Of a DNA stretch of 64,000 bases, positions 9,809 through 20,790 are shown in pieces. The stretch lies in the NCBI GenBank assembly GCA_000004985.1, contig GG738887.1. One strand, written 5' to 3'. How positions within the stretch are numbered: position 1 is the stretch's first letter; every line of letters starts with the position of its first letter. The notes under the pieces are model-generated. The model was not told the origin of the DNA. It saw only the letters and a program-made list of their open reading frames with translations, and searched no databases. Source of the stretch: Naegleria gruberi. Lineage: Eukaryota. A program made the position numbers and the translations under genes.

Positions 9809-10938
9809 AAATTTTTTCACCTCAACACCAATCTTTTTTCCATCTCATCCATGTTGATCGATTAAAATCCATCTATTCAATCTGTTTTTTGATCAATCTA
9901 TCAAACAATCGATCATGATTAATCAACAATTTCAATCATATTGAATAAAGACTTGATGTTATTTGAAAAGGCTCAACCTTCAGCTAATTATCAAAAGATG
10001 TTGTTTGATTTCTTATGATGTTTCAAAAAAAAGAACTTAAAACACAAAAAGTTGGTTTTCTAAGTGCTTAAAATCATGTTAGAAGCCAATCTCCTCCGAT
10101 GTGGCATTTGAATATAAATTTCTTATAATCCTTTCTGAGCTCAGTGACAGAAGGTTGCTCCCAACCTTTTTCCACGAATATGTCAAGTGCTCACTCTTGA
10201 TTTTAATTTGGGATGTGGATATTGCAATATTACATAAGAGTGTTGGTTCTTGATTAAATGATTGCTTACACAAGTTTGGACGTTGTTGCTCCTGAACATG
10301 TGGTTTTGTTCAAAGAGCATTTTATCAAGTTTGCTTTCATTCTCACCCTTTGTCATTAATTAAGGCACTCAATACTGGAAACCTTTTTTCAAGTGTTGTA
10401 TTTTATCATGTCAAGTACTTGAGAAACTCATTTGATGTAGTAGAAGATCCACATTGTAAAGAAATTAAAACATTCAAACTTAATGAATCGTTCCGATGCC
10501 ATCCCAGCTTGATATGGAATTCAGTAATACCAATAAGGTGATTTTCAAGGCACTCTGTACTGACATCTAACCAAGGGTTGATTTAAAATGAAAAAAGGAG
10601 CAATTTGGAGAAGCCATTTCGAAGCTTAGTGAAATAAGTAAGGGAGAATGAAATCTGTGACTCTAAAAAAATAATTGAAAAACCAAAAAACAACTCTCAA
10701 AAAGTCAAAAAGGCAAGAAAAAAATCAAACCTGAACTGGAAGAACAAAAGAAATCATCAAAATCAAAGTCTCAAGCTCAGTTCAATGAGGATTTCGAGAT
10801 ATCTGATGAAAACATTGATAGATCGATCGATTGATCGATCAATTAATTGATAAAATTCTATGTTTCATCCATTCAATCGATCATTTTCCATCTCGATCAA
10901 TCATCGATGGGTAAAAAAAATCCATCGAAAAATTTATG

Positions 10939-11463
10939 TCATGGTTTCTCGAAAACTACAATAACTGTACTAAACTTTTCAATTGTGGACATGAATTTAA
11001 GTGAATATTCTGAAAATCTCACAACAAGTTCAGTGTCATGAATAAATGGTTCATTTTCCAACCAATCATGTAAAAATTCTAATTGACTATTATTGTTACA
11101 ACACCAAACTCTTCTGTGCATGAGAATTTGCAAGCAAGCTTCTCTATTTACCAAATCAGGAAAATTAATCAAATACTTCATCAATTCAGCAAGGAATTCC
11201 TCATCACTATAGTTTGACATGATTTCCAGCACAATATCTGCACATCCTAATGTACTTTCCAATAGCTGTTTCATTTTCAATTTGTCCATTGCTTGTTTCA
11301 TTTGTTGTTGAATTCCCTTCTTGTTGCCACGTGCGATGGTTGCAGCTACATTCAGATCGGTTGCAAATCTTGCCCATCCGTCTGGATCCATCAGCATGGC
11401 AGAGGGTGGAATGGCAATTCTTGGTTTCCTTGATGACTTTTTTGATATTTTGGCAGGCAGCAT
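10939..11463 (-). CDS. Hypothetical protein, 174 aa
   Basis: ORF with an ATG start. No recognisable motif. Confidence 0.4.
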   Translation of the reverse strand: MLPAKISKKSSRKPRIAIPPSAMLMDPDGWARFATDLNVAATIARGNKKGIQQQMKQAMDKLKMKQLLESTLGCADIVLEIMSNYSDEEFLAELMKYLINFPDLVNREACLQILMHRRVWCCNNNSQLEFLHDWLENEPFIHDTELVVRFSEYSLKFMSTIEKFSTVIVVFEKP

Positions 11464-12000
11464 GTTTCTAATAATGTTTCTAATAATTGTTGTTGGTTTC
11501 TTTTTCTTTTAACTGAAGGCAAATAGTTGTGTTTGCGAATTTAAAGTTGTTTTAATCACGTTGTGAATTCCGATCTGGGCAAAAATGGACTAAATCATGT
11601 TTTGTGTGTGGAAACGAAAGATTTTGTTTGCTTTGACAAGGTTCAATGTTTTCTTGTGACACCTGGAAGTGGCACTCTGAAGTTTACGTAAATTGATTGA
11701 TTTTGTTTGAAACAGTGGTTATGATGATGCAACTTCATGTTCTTTTTCCATAAACACCAATTAGAAAACTTTTGAGAAAATAGGAATTGAAAAAAGGGAA
11801 GTTTGCCTCCAACTTACTTTGTCAAGACAAAAATTTACAACAGTTCTGGATTATTTGCTCAAATACAAGTGGATATAAATACCGAGTTGAAGGAAATTCT
11901 TAAAAACCATGGTATTACGATCTTGAAGAAGAGCCATCATGGAACTATTGAAAATGCTCTTTCCACCTCAATGATTTAATGAAAATAACATTCAATTATT

Positions 12001-12295
12001 TTCTTGAATCCTATTTATATATTTTTCACACATTAAATGTACCACAATTTTCTAATTGCACTTTTCACACATTCAAAGATATTATGCTCAAGATATGTGA
12101 CTACAGAGTCTTCATCTTGGTTAACCTCAAAGGTCAGATTGACTCAAAAAAGTCGAGTTTATGTATTCCTACAGAAAAGATCCTGTAGAAGTACAGTCAA
12201 TGGTTTTATCAAGTTTCATTTGTGAGGTTAGAGAAATTGGCTTTGATATCGAACATGCAGATTGGTACCTTATACTTTTTTCAATTAATAGAAAA
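12001..12295. repeat. Dispersed repeat, copy B (internal segment inverted relative to copy A, plus an ~88-bp deletion)
   Basis: See copy A. The segment 12083..12240 is the reverse complement of 5053..5219. Confidence 0.7.
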
Positions 12296-13175
12296 TAAAA
12301 TTAACTAGAGAAACGATCAAACCTTTCCTTATACCAATTCACAATTCTGTAGATTGTGTATTAATCAGGTTTCACAATTCTAATGATCATCAAGCACTAT
12401 AACAAAATTCATTGCACTATATTGAATTACATTAATACTTGCCAGGTAAGGTTGTTGGTAAATCAAGTTCAATGCAATACAATATTTGAAGACTCAAATT
12501 CGAAATTTGAAGGTTTATTGATCAACCACAAGTTTCTCTTTCTAAATAGATAAAATTCAAAGGTGATAAATATATGGTCACGTTGCAAGTTTTTCTAAAC
12601 AATAACTTACTGAACCAACAATCAATAGATTAGTTGCCTTCACTGTTCATACAGTCAAAGACTGTAGCGGGATAGTCGCCATATTCCTGGCAGGCTTCCC
12701 GTCCAAAATTAACAATTGAAATAATTTCTCAGACAATTTATGAATTGGAAAGAAATTGAAATCACTAGAGGTTTATTGTAAACTGCACACACCAAAAATA
12801 TGAAAAATTTTTGTTGACTGAAAAAAGTTCAACGCTGCGCAAGATGTTAAAAGACAGAAATAGTGGTATACGAAATTGATTATCTGCGCTCAACCGGCCA
12901 ACATGGATGAGATCCAGGGTTTATGAGGGGATTTTCAAGTGTCAAAGCGACCCGTGGGTGTTTGTCTGTTTCAATTTACTACCTTTATTACTGAGAGGAA
13001 AGAATGAGGAGTAATACAGCAAAATTCAAAGTTTCGAAACAATTGCCGTATTCAATACTTTGTTTGTGGTAAGGTATCATTTTCAATCCATTATGAATTT
13101 GTCCAACATTGTTAATTGCCCATTCGGGTTAAAGACAGATTGGCTGTTTATCATTAGACTTTTAAGGTAATTGAT

Positions 13176-13293
13176 GGCTACGGCCATATCACGATGAATA
13201 CACCTCATCCCGTCCGATTTGAGAAGTTAAGCATCGTCGAGCCACATCAGTACTGAGGTTGGAGACAACTTGGGAACCTGTGGTGCTGTAGTC
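13176..13293 (+). rRNA. 5S rRNA gene, copy 3 (variant gatgaatacacc)
   Basis: Full-length 5S with a T5 terminator. It differs from copies 1 and 2 at gattcatgcacc versus gatgaatacacc. Confidence 0.8.
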
Positions 13294-13490
13294 TTTTTCA
13301 TTCTTCTATTTTATTAAGCGTTTCATAATTATTACTATTTCAATTCCAAATGTTTTATTTTGAAAGTATTATTGGGTCTATATTTTTTTTGTGGAAACCA
13401 TAAAACTAAACCTTAGTATCTACAATACTGAATAGTAAATATTTGTTCCTTGTTCAATCCTTCTCATATTGAGGTAAACAGACAAAAAAA

Positions 13491-14459
13491 ATGAAACATG
13501 GCTTTCTTACATGCAACCTAGCACTTATTATCGATGAAACCGATAATGATGAACCAAAAAATCCGATTTTAAAGGAAATGGCTGAAGATAAGGGATTGCA
13601 CTTTAGTGTGGAGTGTCTGGATGGTTCTGCTATTCTTCATGTACAGCTAGTAACAAGGAAGAGAGAAGAGAATTACATTTGCACCTTAATTTACGAATAT
13701 TTGTTATCTGTTTTGGTGTTCGATTGGGTGAAAGGAATTAAAATTGCTTCTCTTTCTTTTTCAAAACATGAACCAAAAGAATGTGCTAAATTTCCTTCAG
13801 TTAGAAAGAGTTATGAAAAAGAAAAATGTTGCACTGTTGATGATCATTCGCTTTCGGATAATGGAAAATCTGGTAGTGTTGCTTCAACTGAAGAAACTCC
13901 TTGTGACGAGTCTAAGGGTGGTATTGCTGTTAATGGCCTTATTTCAAGTGAAGAAAATAATCTTAATGAAGAGTTTGAGTATTTCTCCGCAGAGGATGAT
14001 TTTAGTTCCAAACTTCAACGAGTCAAACCAATATTCGACTCCAAAATAATGAAGGAGAACATCTATTTTGCACTACTTTATTACAAGCCACCAGAGAGCA
14101 CTGATTCACACATTTCCACAGAATCCTGTGTTTCGAATAGATCTCCTAATACCAATTGTACAGAATTCTCTACTACTGAGCAACAAAGTGTTAACAATTC
14201 AACATCCCCAACAAGAATGTTATCTTCACATAATCTCTCCTCTGCATCAACTTCAAGTAGTGGTGGCAACTATGCTCCAACAAAGGGACAGAATGTTCTC
14301 CAACGTTCAAAGGCCATTCTCTCAGATGTTACCAATTTTAATTATTTTGACAAGTTCAAGAATGCTGTATATGAGGGAAAGAGTAAGGCACAAACATCTA
14401 GTGGCTCTACTACAAGTAAGAAAGTGGGAGGTAGTACTAAGAAGGGAAGAAAACATTGA
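13491..14459 (+). CDS. Hypothetical Ser/Thr-rich protein, 322 aa
   Basis: ORF with an ATG start. The C-terminal half is low-complexity and S/T/N-rich. Confidence 0.5.
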   Translation: MKHGFLTCNLALIIDETDNDEPKNPILKEMAEDKGLHFSVECLDGSAILHVQLVTRKREENYICTLIYEYLLSVLVFDWVKGIKIASLSFSKHEPKECAKFPSVRKSYEKEKCCTVDDHSLSDNGKSGSVASTEETPCDESKGGIAVNGLISSEENNLNEEFEYFSAEDDFSSKLQRVKPIFDSKIMKENIYFALLYYKPPESTDSHISTESCVSNRSPNTNCTEFSTTEQQSVNNSTSPTRMLSSHNLSSASTSSSGGNYAPTKGQNVLQRSKAILSDVTNFNYFDKFKNAVYEGKSKAQTSSGSTTSKKVGGSTKKGRKH

Positions 14460-14588
14460 ATAAATATGTGTCAACGTTTTAATGCAAGCTCAATAGAATA
14501 TGGCTCAATTGCAACATGTTGAATGTAATGATCAAATATTGGGCTTGAGTTTACAATAGATTATCTGTTCCGAAGTAGCAAGTTCGAA

Positions 14589-15854
14589 ATGCATCAATAC
14601 AACAAACAAAAAAACCGAATGAAACGATCCTTTGATGATTGTGCTTCGGAGGTACCACCAACATCACAACCATCACAGCATTATGATTCTGATGGAAGGT
14701 TGATGATGATGACTTCATCTCTACCCAATCATAATCACAATAACAACAATAATAATAATAGTAATAGTAATTTTAATAGTAGTGCATTGATGGATAATGA
14801 TCATCATACAACATTGATAGAAACTACTCCGATGAGTAACAATGACAATTATATGATTGATAATAATAATAACAATATGAAGAAAATTAAGAAGAATTCA
14901 TCACTGTCCTATTTTCATAATTTTAATGGTCATCATAATAGTCAGTATCAAACAACATCAACATTGATAACTATGAATGGTTGTTCGGGAATGAAAACAA
15001 GCCAGTCAGAGTTTGAATTGATTGGATGCATTGGAAGTTATGGTTCTCAGAATGGTCAATTCAAGAATCCATCTGATGTGGCTATTGATTTCAAAAATCA
15101 ATTAATATTTGTTGTGGATACAGATAATAGACGTATTCAGGTTTTTGATGAGTCAACTCTGACATTCAAGTACATGTTTACGACACCATTCAAACCAAAT
15201 GCAGTGACAGTTCATTGGGATCACACTTTAATTATTAGTTTCACTCGAGATTCATTGATTTGTAAATATGATTTTAATGGAAATGAGATATGGAGATGGG
15301 GAGGAGTTACAACAAAGAATGTAATGGATTCTCCAACAGGTGTTGTGGTTGACTATGAGGGAAATATCTATGTTTGTGATTGGTTTAAACATAGAATTGT
15401 AGTTTTTTCTCCAGGTGGTGAATTACTGAAATCGATAGGATCTATGGGAAAGGAATATGGTCAATTCTCATTCCCAAGAGATATTGACATTGACAGTGCT
15501 GGGAATATCATTATTTCTGACAGTGGAAATAATCGCATACAGATACTGAAATCTAATGGAGAATTTATAAGTAGTTTTGGAAGTATTGGAAATGATAAGG
15601 GAGAATTTCAAGCACCAAACTCTGTTTTTGTGGACAAGTCAACTGGTGATATATTTCTTACAGAGTGGGATTCACATAGAATTTCAAAATTTCATCCTAG
15701 CAATCCCTTTTCTGGTTCTACTTGCATTGGTAGCTTTGGAAACCATGAAAATTCACTGAAATATCCTTCTGGAATTGCATTCTGCTACGGGTCATCTCGT
15801 TTGTTTATTGTTGATACTGGAAATAATAGAATCAAGGTTTACAGAGTTACATGA
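14589..15854 (+). CDS. NHL-repeat (six-bladed beta-propeller) protein with an Asn-rich N-terminus
   Basis: Repeats such as GSQNGQFKNPSDVAIDFKNQLIFVVDTDNRRIQVF, GKEYGQFSFPRDIDIDSAGNIIISDSGNNRIQIL and GNDKGEFQAPNSVFVDKSTGDIFLTEWDSHRISKF fit the NHL consensus. Confidence 0.75.
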   Translation: MHQYNKQKNRMKRSFDDCASEVPPTSQPSQHYDSDGRLMMMTSSLPNHNHNNNNNNNSNSNFNSSALMDNDHHTTLIETTPMSNNDNYMIDNNNNNMKKIKKNSSLSYFHNFNGHHNSQYQTTSTLITMNGCSGMKTSQSEFELIGCIGSYGSQNGQFKNPSDVAIDFKNQLIFVVDTDNRRIQVFDESTLTFKYMFTTPFKPNAVTVHWDHTLIISFTRDSLICKYDFNGNEIWRWGGVTTKNVMDSPTGVVVDYEGNIYVCDWFKHRIVVFSPGGELLKSIGSMGKEYGQFSFPRDIDIDSAGNIIISDSGNNRIQILKSNGEFISSFGSIGNDKGEFQAPNSVFVDKSTGDIFLTEWDSHRISKFHPSNPFSGSTCIGSFGNHENSLKYPSGIAFCYGSSRLFIVDTGNNRIKVYRVT

Positions 15855-16869
15855 TATATTTCTATCAATTTTCAATTTCAAAATCATAAGGACAATGCAA
15901 ATCAAAATGGAGAGAAATGTAAAAGAGTATTATCACTCGTACTATATGAAACTGCTTCGAGAGCTTACCTCTACCGATGCCATGTGTAGATAGATTGTAA
16001 TCAAAAATAAACTATTCTTCTGGTGTAACATAACTTTTTTGAGTGGTTACAAAAGAAATAAAATGAAAAAGATAATTTATTAAGCAGTTAGTTCAATATC
16101 TCTTGGACCTGGGCTTGGTCTTTTCTTCTTCTTCTTGATCATACAACAAATACATATCAATAACACAATAGGTATTATGGCCAGAACAAAAATGATGTAT
16201 TACAAGTTGGAATCATTTTGATTAACACCAACAGAAATGGAGTGATAATAACAGAAATGTTAGTTTTGAATATCATTAACATTAGATGAAACTGAAGCAA
16301 CTGAAACTGTACCCATTTGAGACACATTCAAAGCAGCAATGGCTTCACTAACGGACAGTAACAGTAACAAGAGTTGAAGTTTCAGAGGAGGCCGAAAGAG
16401 AATCATAAATAATTGTCTTGATTTCAATTTAACCAGCTGGTAATTGAGAAGTGATTGATTTCTTTTCAGTTGAATCTCCTACCACTCTGTATTTGAATTC
16501 ATACTTCACAGGAAGTTGAGTATCATACCAACCATTACCACACTTGATTTGGAAATCGTTTTGCAAAGCAACACCTGTAGCAGGAGAAACTTCCATTGTG
16601 TTGTTACCAAAACTCAAACAATTGCTGGAATCACAAGCTAAACAAAATTATAACCTAAATGTTATATTGGAAAATATATTGCATTCAATTTTGAAATTCC
16701 ATATGATTGTCCACCCTTACAAGCAAAATTATCCACCGAAAAAATGTGCACTGACTTTTTAGGATATCTTGACATCTTTTCTCCTATTAAACTCCGAAAC
16801 AAGGACTTTGAAGGACTTTCCAATAAAACAACCAACAACACAAAATCAGAAATAGTATTCAATAAAAAA

Positions 16870-17370
16870 ATGAAGTTTCTTCCACTCGTAACAGCACTCC
16901 TTCTCGTGCTTGGTTTGGCATCAACAATTCAAAGCTCAATAATTCAGAAACGAACATCTTTCGGAATGGAAGGTGGCTGTTCCTCAAGAATTGCATTCGA
17001 AGAATATCAGAACACAACTAATTGCACACCTCAACCCTGTCATATGTTGAATCTCGCTGCAGAACAATTTGACTGTGTAGATCATTTTCCTTCTTTATTT
17101 CCTCGAAATAGTGTTCTTTTTATTGAACATGCCAATAACTCGTGTGATGATCCGAAAATTGTGTCACTCATCAATATTAAGTTTGGTGTTTGCTTTAAAC
17201 ATGGAAGTAGTATTCTGAGTAAATATGGATTGAGTGGTGCCTATATCAATTTTAAGGATTGCAAAACAATTGAAACAGTTATGGATGCATACAATTTTGG
17301 ATGCTCCCATGGTTTTAATGAAACAATTACCAAATCATGTTCAAATGGAGTTTCTTTCAAGTGTTTCTAA
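16870..17370 (+). CDS. Small secreted cysteine-rich protein (166 aa)
   Basis: MKFLPLVTALLLVLGLASTIQS is a signal peptide, followed by 8+ Cys and no other domain. The ORF-track ORF extends upstream to 16744, but the hydrophobic signal sits at the internal Met. Confidence 0.55.
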   Translation: MKFLPLVTALLLVLGLASTIQSSIIQKRTSFGMEGGCSSRIAFEEYQNTTNCTPQPCHMLNLAAEQFDCVDHFPSLFPRNSVLFIEHANNSCDDPKIVSLINIKFGVCFKHGSSILSKYGLSGAYINFKDCKTIETVMDAYNFGCSHGFNETITKSCSNGVSFKCF

Positions 17371-17655
17371 ATAAAAACAAGCGAATTGGTTCCACCAAGA
17401 AGGCAAATTCAAACAAATTCTCTATTTACCTTTCTTGTTTATTTACCTTTCTTGTTGGACAATGGAATCACCTCAATGAGTTTGATATTTCCAATAACAA
17501 TATCTGATTGATTTGTACTTCTTTGCACAATGGTCAAAGATACTATTGTTATTACAGCAGTTTCAAATAAACCCCTCCTTGTGGATTAGGGTGTGATTCA
17601 CCAACCCAGTGCCTTTATACTACAGTCAATTTAAAGATTTAGATTATCATCCGTA

Positions 17656-17874
17656 GTGGCCCTTCTTGATCAGGAAATTGATGTCGATTCCAAGTGTTCA
17701 AAATATGGTGGAGCTGATTGTAATACATGCCTAGACGGATACACCAACCCTAATTGCATTCCAGTTTGTTTTGGATATGCTGCTAATAATGCATCGGTTT
17801 GCTCTGGACATGGTAATTGCACTTGTGGGAAACTATATATTGGCTCAACATGTTCAACATTCGTAACTCAATAA
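17656..17874 (+). other. Isolated EGF-like cysteine-rich ORF, an orphan exon or gene fragment
   Basis: CSKYGGADCNTCLDGYTNPNCIPVCFGYAANNASVCSGHGNCTCGKLYIGSTC resembles the EGF-like repeats of the kinase gene at 31.4-32.4 kb. It is preceded by an AG acceptor (catccgtag) and has no ATG. Confidence 0.3.
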
Positions 17875-18352
17875 CTACTTTTAACATTCTCTGGCGAATC
17901 ATTGTTCTCCATAGATTATTGATCTTAAATTATCTTTAACAAAACCAACAAGAATTCATTTTCTGTTTATTTCAAATTATTTATTTGAAAAGAAATAACT
18001 CCTTGCAGAACAATACCCTAATACATTAGCGATGGAAACTTTTCTGCCTTTTCAAAGTTGTTTCTTCCAATAATTGTCATCCACACAATTGTTGTCCTCA
18101 ATCATTAAACCTTTTGACATGGTTTCAATAACTTTTATTATAGCGTTAATGAGGTAGCTTAGGAAGCAATGCTTGAATAAATAATTATTGTGGTGTGAGG
18201 ATGATCCATTTTAAGCTTATGCAAAGATTCAATCGTCTTACTTTCTTTAATTTGATAATATCACAGCTGGTGTAGCCATAAAAGTACTGAAAAAGTAAAT
18301 ACCATTCGTGTGATTGAATCTAAAAATAAAATCACAATTTAAAAAAAAAAAT

Positions 18353-20473
18353 ATGCTCTCCTCATCATTTAATAACATGGAGCGTATGCTTGATGATAAT
18401 CATAATAACCTGATACAAACAGGAGATATGATCACTATTCATGTGGACAATAACATATCAAAACCAGCAACATCAACAGAAGGACCTTCGGGAAGTTGTG
18501 AGTATTTGACTGGTAAATTTTCAAAGAGGGCTACTACACCTTCGTACTACCATCTATTGTACAATGATGCTCCAGTCTGTCCACCCGACTTTATTATCAA
18601 TATTAAATTAATAGATATGAATATGACTACTGTATCTATCAAGGTACACAAAGTATTTTTGGCTTTGGAATCATTGTATTTTAGAACTTTGCTCAATTCG
18701 GAATTTACAGAGAGTACTAATTCCGTTGTAGAATTTGAATTAACTTCTGTAGAAAAGGATATATTCGAGCAAATTATTTTGAGATATATTTATGGTGAGA
18801 GAACTTTGGATATTGACAAAGGCTTACCATATGCCTGTACATTATGTCTTGCTCACTATTTGCAAATTTCTCCTCTGGAATGCCAACTTTTGCAACAAAT
18901 GACAAAAACATCAAAGTATACCGAACAACATTTATTGTATTATTCACAACTTCGTGATCACTCCATGTTGGCTGTTAATTCTTCCTTCCTTTCACAATCA
19001 CTGACTGCTTTCGGAAAAGACATTTCAAAGAAACGTGATGAAGTTATGAATTTACCAGTGGAATTTTTCTTGTGGCTTGTTTCGTTGGACAATCTGAACG
19101 TTAGCAATGAGGATGAAGTTTTTGATCTCATTCAAGAGTACATTATCAGAAATGAAAAGTCCATCAGACAAAATAATCCAGAAGGATTTGATCAAAAACC
19201 TGATATTATTGAACAAGTTTGGTCAAATGTGAGAGTTTGCTTCCTTTCCGAAACCAAATTGTTGAGCTTTATGGATCAACCATCTATTTCTACAGATCTC
19301 AAAATATCAATGCTGAGAAAGAAGACAGTGTACAGCATCTATAAGGACAGATACAAGAAGGTACTCGCCACTAAACAACAAGCAAGTACTGAAACTACTG
19401 CTGGAAATGCAAGCATGTCTGTCGAAACTAACAGTGGAACTAACAATGAGAATACTGTAGTCAAGAAGGAACCTGTACCAGCAACAAACGCTACACCTAC
19501 ACCAAGTGCTACCATCATTGCTAACGAGCTTATGATCAATTTGGATGATCCTCAATTCATTAAGAGAGGAAACATTTTGGAACATTTAATTACTGGAAGT
19601 AAGGGTGTCATTCAAATTTGGGATGTCAATACTACCGAATGCCTTTCAACTTTCCCAACAGATTCCTTTGTGAGATGTCTTGCTCTGTACGAACGTCATT
19701 ACTTGTTCAGTGGTGGACACGATAAGAAGATTAAAAAGTGGAACTTGAGAACAAACGAATGTGAATTAGTACTCAAAGGTCACCATGATTATGTTCTCTC
19801 ATTTGCCCTTGTAGATGATTGTTTGTATAGTGCTGGTGGTGTTGGAGATAGTACTGTTAAAAAGTGGAACTTGAAATCTAATCAATTGGAGGCATCTTTG
19901 GAGGGACATCAAAAGGCAGTTCTCAGTCTTATAACTTATGGAGACATGTTTGTATTTTCTGGAGGTGAAGATTCTACAATTAGAAAATGGAATGTAAGAA
20001 CAAACAAATGCGAACTAACAATTCAAGCATCTGTTCATGGTGATGACAAACTTTGGTGCCTTGCCACCTTTGGAGATTCCTTATTTGCAGGTGGATCCAA
20101 AGGAACTATTTATCAATTCAATGTAAATGACGGTAGACTTGAGAGAGAATGGTCAGCTCACGAAAATATTGTCTGGTGTTTGCTTGTACATGAAGATTAT
20201 CTATTCTCTGGCTCAAAGGACAAATGTGTCAAGAGATGGAATCTCAATACACCAAACACTGACATGGAAGGAGCCGATCCAACCAATACGCCCTATGTTT
20301 GTGAGGCCATCATGAGAGAACATACTGATTCTGTAAGAAGTCTCAATGTCTGTAATAATTACTTATTCAGTGGAGGTGGTGACGAAAAGATCATCAAATG
20401 GTCTCTTCTCACAAACCAGAAGGAAGCTGTGGTCACGGCAGCTGAATATATTTGTTCTGCTCTGTTGGCTTAA
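18353..20473 (+). CDS. BTB/POZ domain plus WD40-repeat protein
   Basis: N-terminal BTB region (IKVHKVFLALESLYFRTLLNSEFTES...VVEFELTSVEKDIFEQIILRYIYGE). The C-terminal half has 6-7 repeats of the form SGGHDKKIKKWNLRTNECELVLKGH... Confidence 0.8.
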   Translation: MLSSSFNNMERMLDDNHNNLIQTGDMITIHVDNNISKPATSTEGPSGSCEYLTGKFSKRATTPSYYHLLYNDAPVCPPDFIINIKLIDMNMTTVSIKVHKVFLALESLYFRTLLNSEFTESTNSVVEFELTSVEKDIFEQIILRYIYGERTLDIDKGLPYACTLCLAHYLQISPLECQLLQQMTKTSKYTEQHLLYYSQLRDHSMLAVNSSFLSQSLTAFGKDISKKRDEVMNLPVEFFLWLVSLDNLNVSNEDEVFDLIQEYIIRNEKSIRQNNPEGFDQKPDIIEQVWSNVRVCFLSETKLLSFMDQPSISTDLKISMLRKKTVYSIYKDRYKKVLATKQQASTETTAGNASMSVETNSGTNNENTVVKKEPVPATNATPTPSATIIANELMINLDDPQFIKRGNILEHLITGSKGVIQIWDVNTTECLSTFPTDSFVRCLALYERHYLFSGGHDKKIKKWNLRTNECELVLKGHHDYVLSFALVDDCLYSAGGVGDSTVKKWNLKSNQLEASLEGHQKAVLSLITYGDMFVFSGGEDSTIRKWNVRTNKCELTIQASVHGDDKLWCLATFGDSLFAGGSKGTIYQFNVNDGRLEREWSAHENIVWCLLVHEDYLFSGSKDKCVKRWNLNTPNTDMEGADPTNTPYVCEAIMREHTDSVRSLNVCNNYLFSGGGDEKIIKWSLLTNQKEAVVTAAEYICSALLA

Positions 20474-20790
20474 TGTGCTATAATTCATTCAATGGCGACT
20501 CACTTTTATGTTTTGAGATTTATGGCTAGTTTGAATGGCCACATGTGGTTCTATAATAAACGCGCAAAAGTATCTCTTATTCGGAAAGGGTTGATTCTTC
20601 TGTAATTCAATTGAACCGACAACCAAATTCTTTACAGTCTGCTCAAACCGGTACTCACAATACCAGAAAGTCTTCCTTGTTCCCTCCAGTTACCACCTAA
20701 CAGCACTTATTAAACCTTGGGGTTCACTGAAAAACAAATTAGAAAAAAACAAGACAATTCAATCATTAGCAACACTCTCAATCCAGCAAC

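Noticed and set aside
12835-12965. U6 or another spliceosomal snRNA at the GC-rich island
   Set aside because: There is a superficial ctgcgcaag match to the U6 core, but the invariant ACAGAGA and AGC boxes are absent on both strands. It is not an snRNA I can recognise, and I kept it only as a low-interest note.
16744-16869. Extending the secreted-protein CDS upstream to the ATG at 16744
   Set aside because: This would bury the hydrophobic signal peptide ~40 residues inside the protein. The internal Met at 16870 followed directly by LPLVTALLLVLGLAS is the more plausible start.
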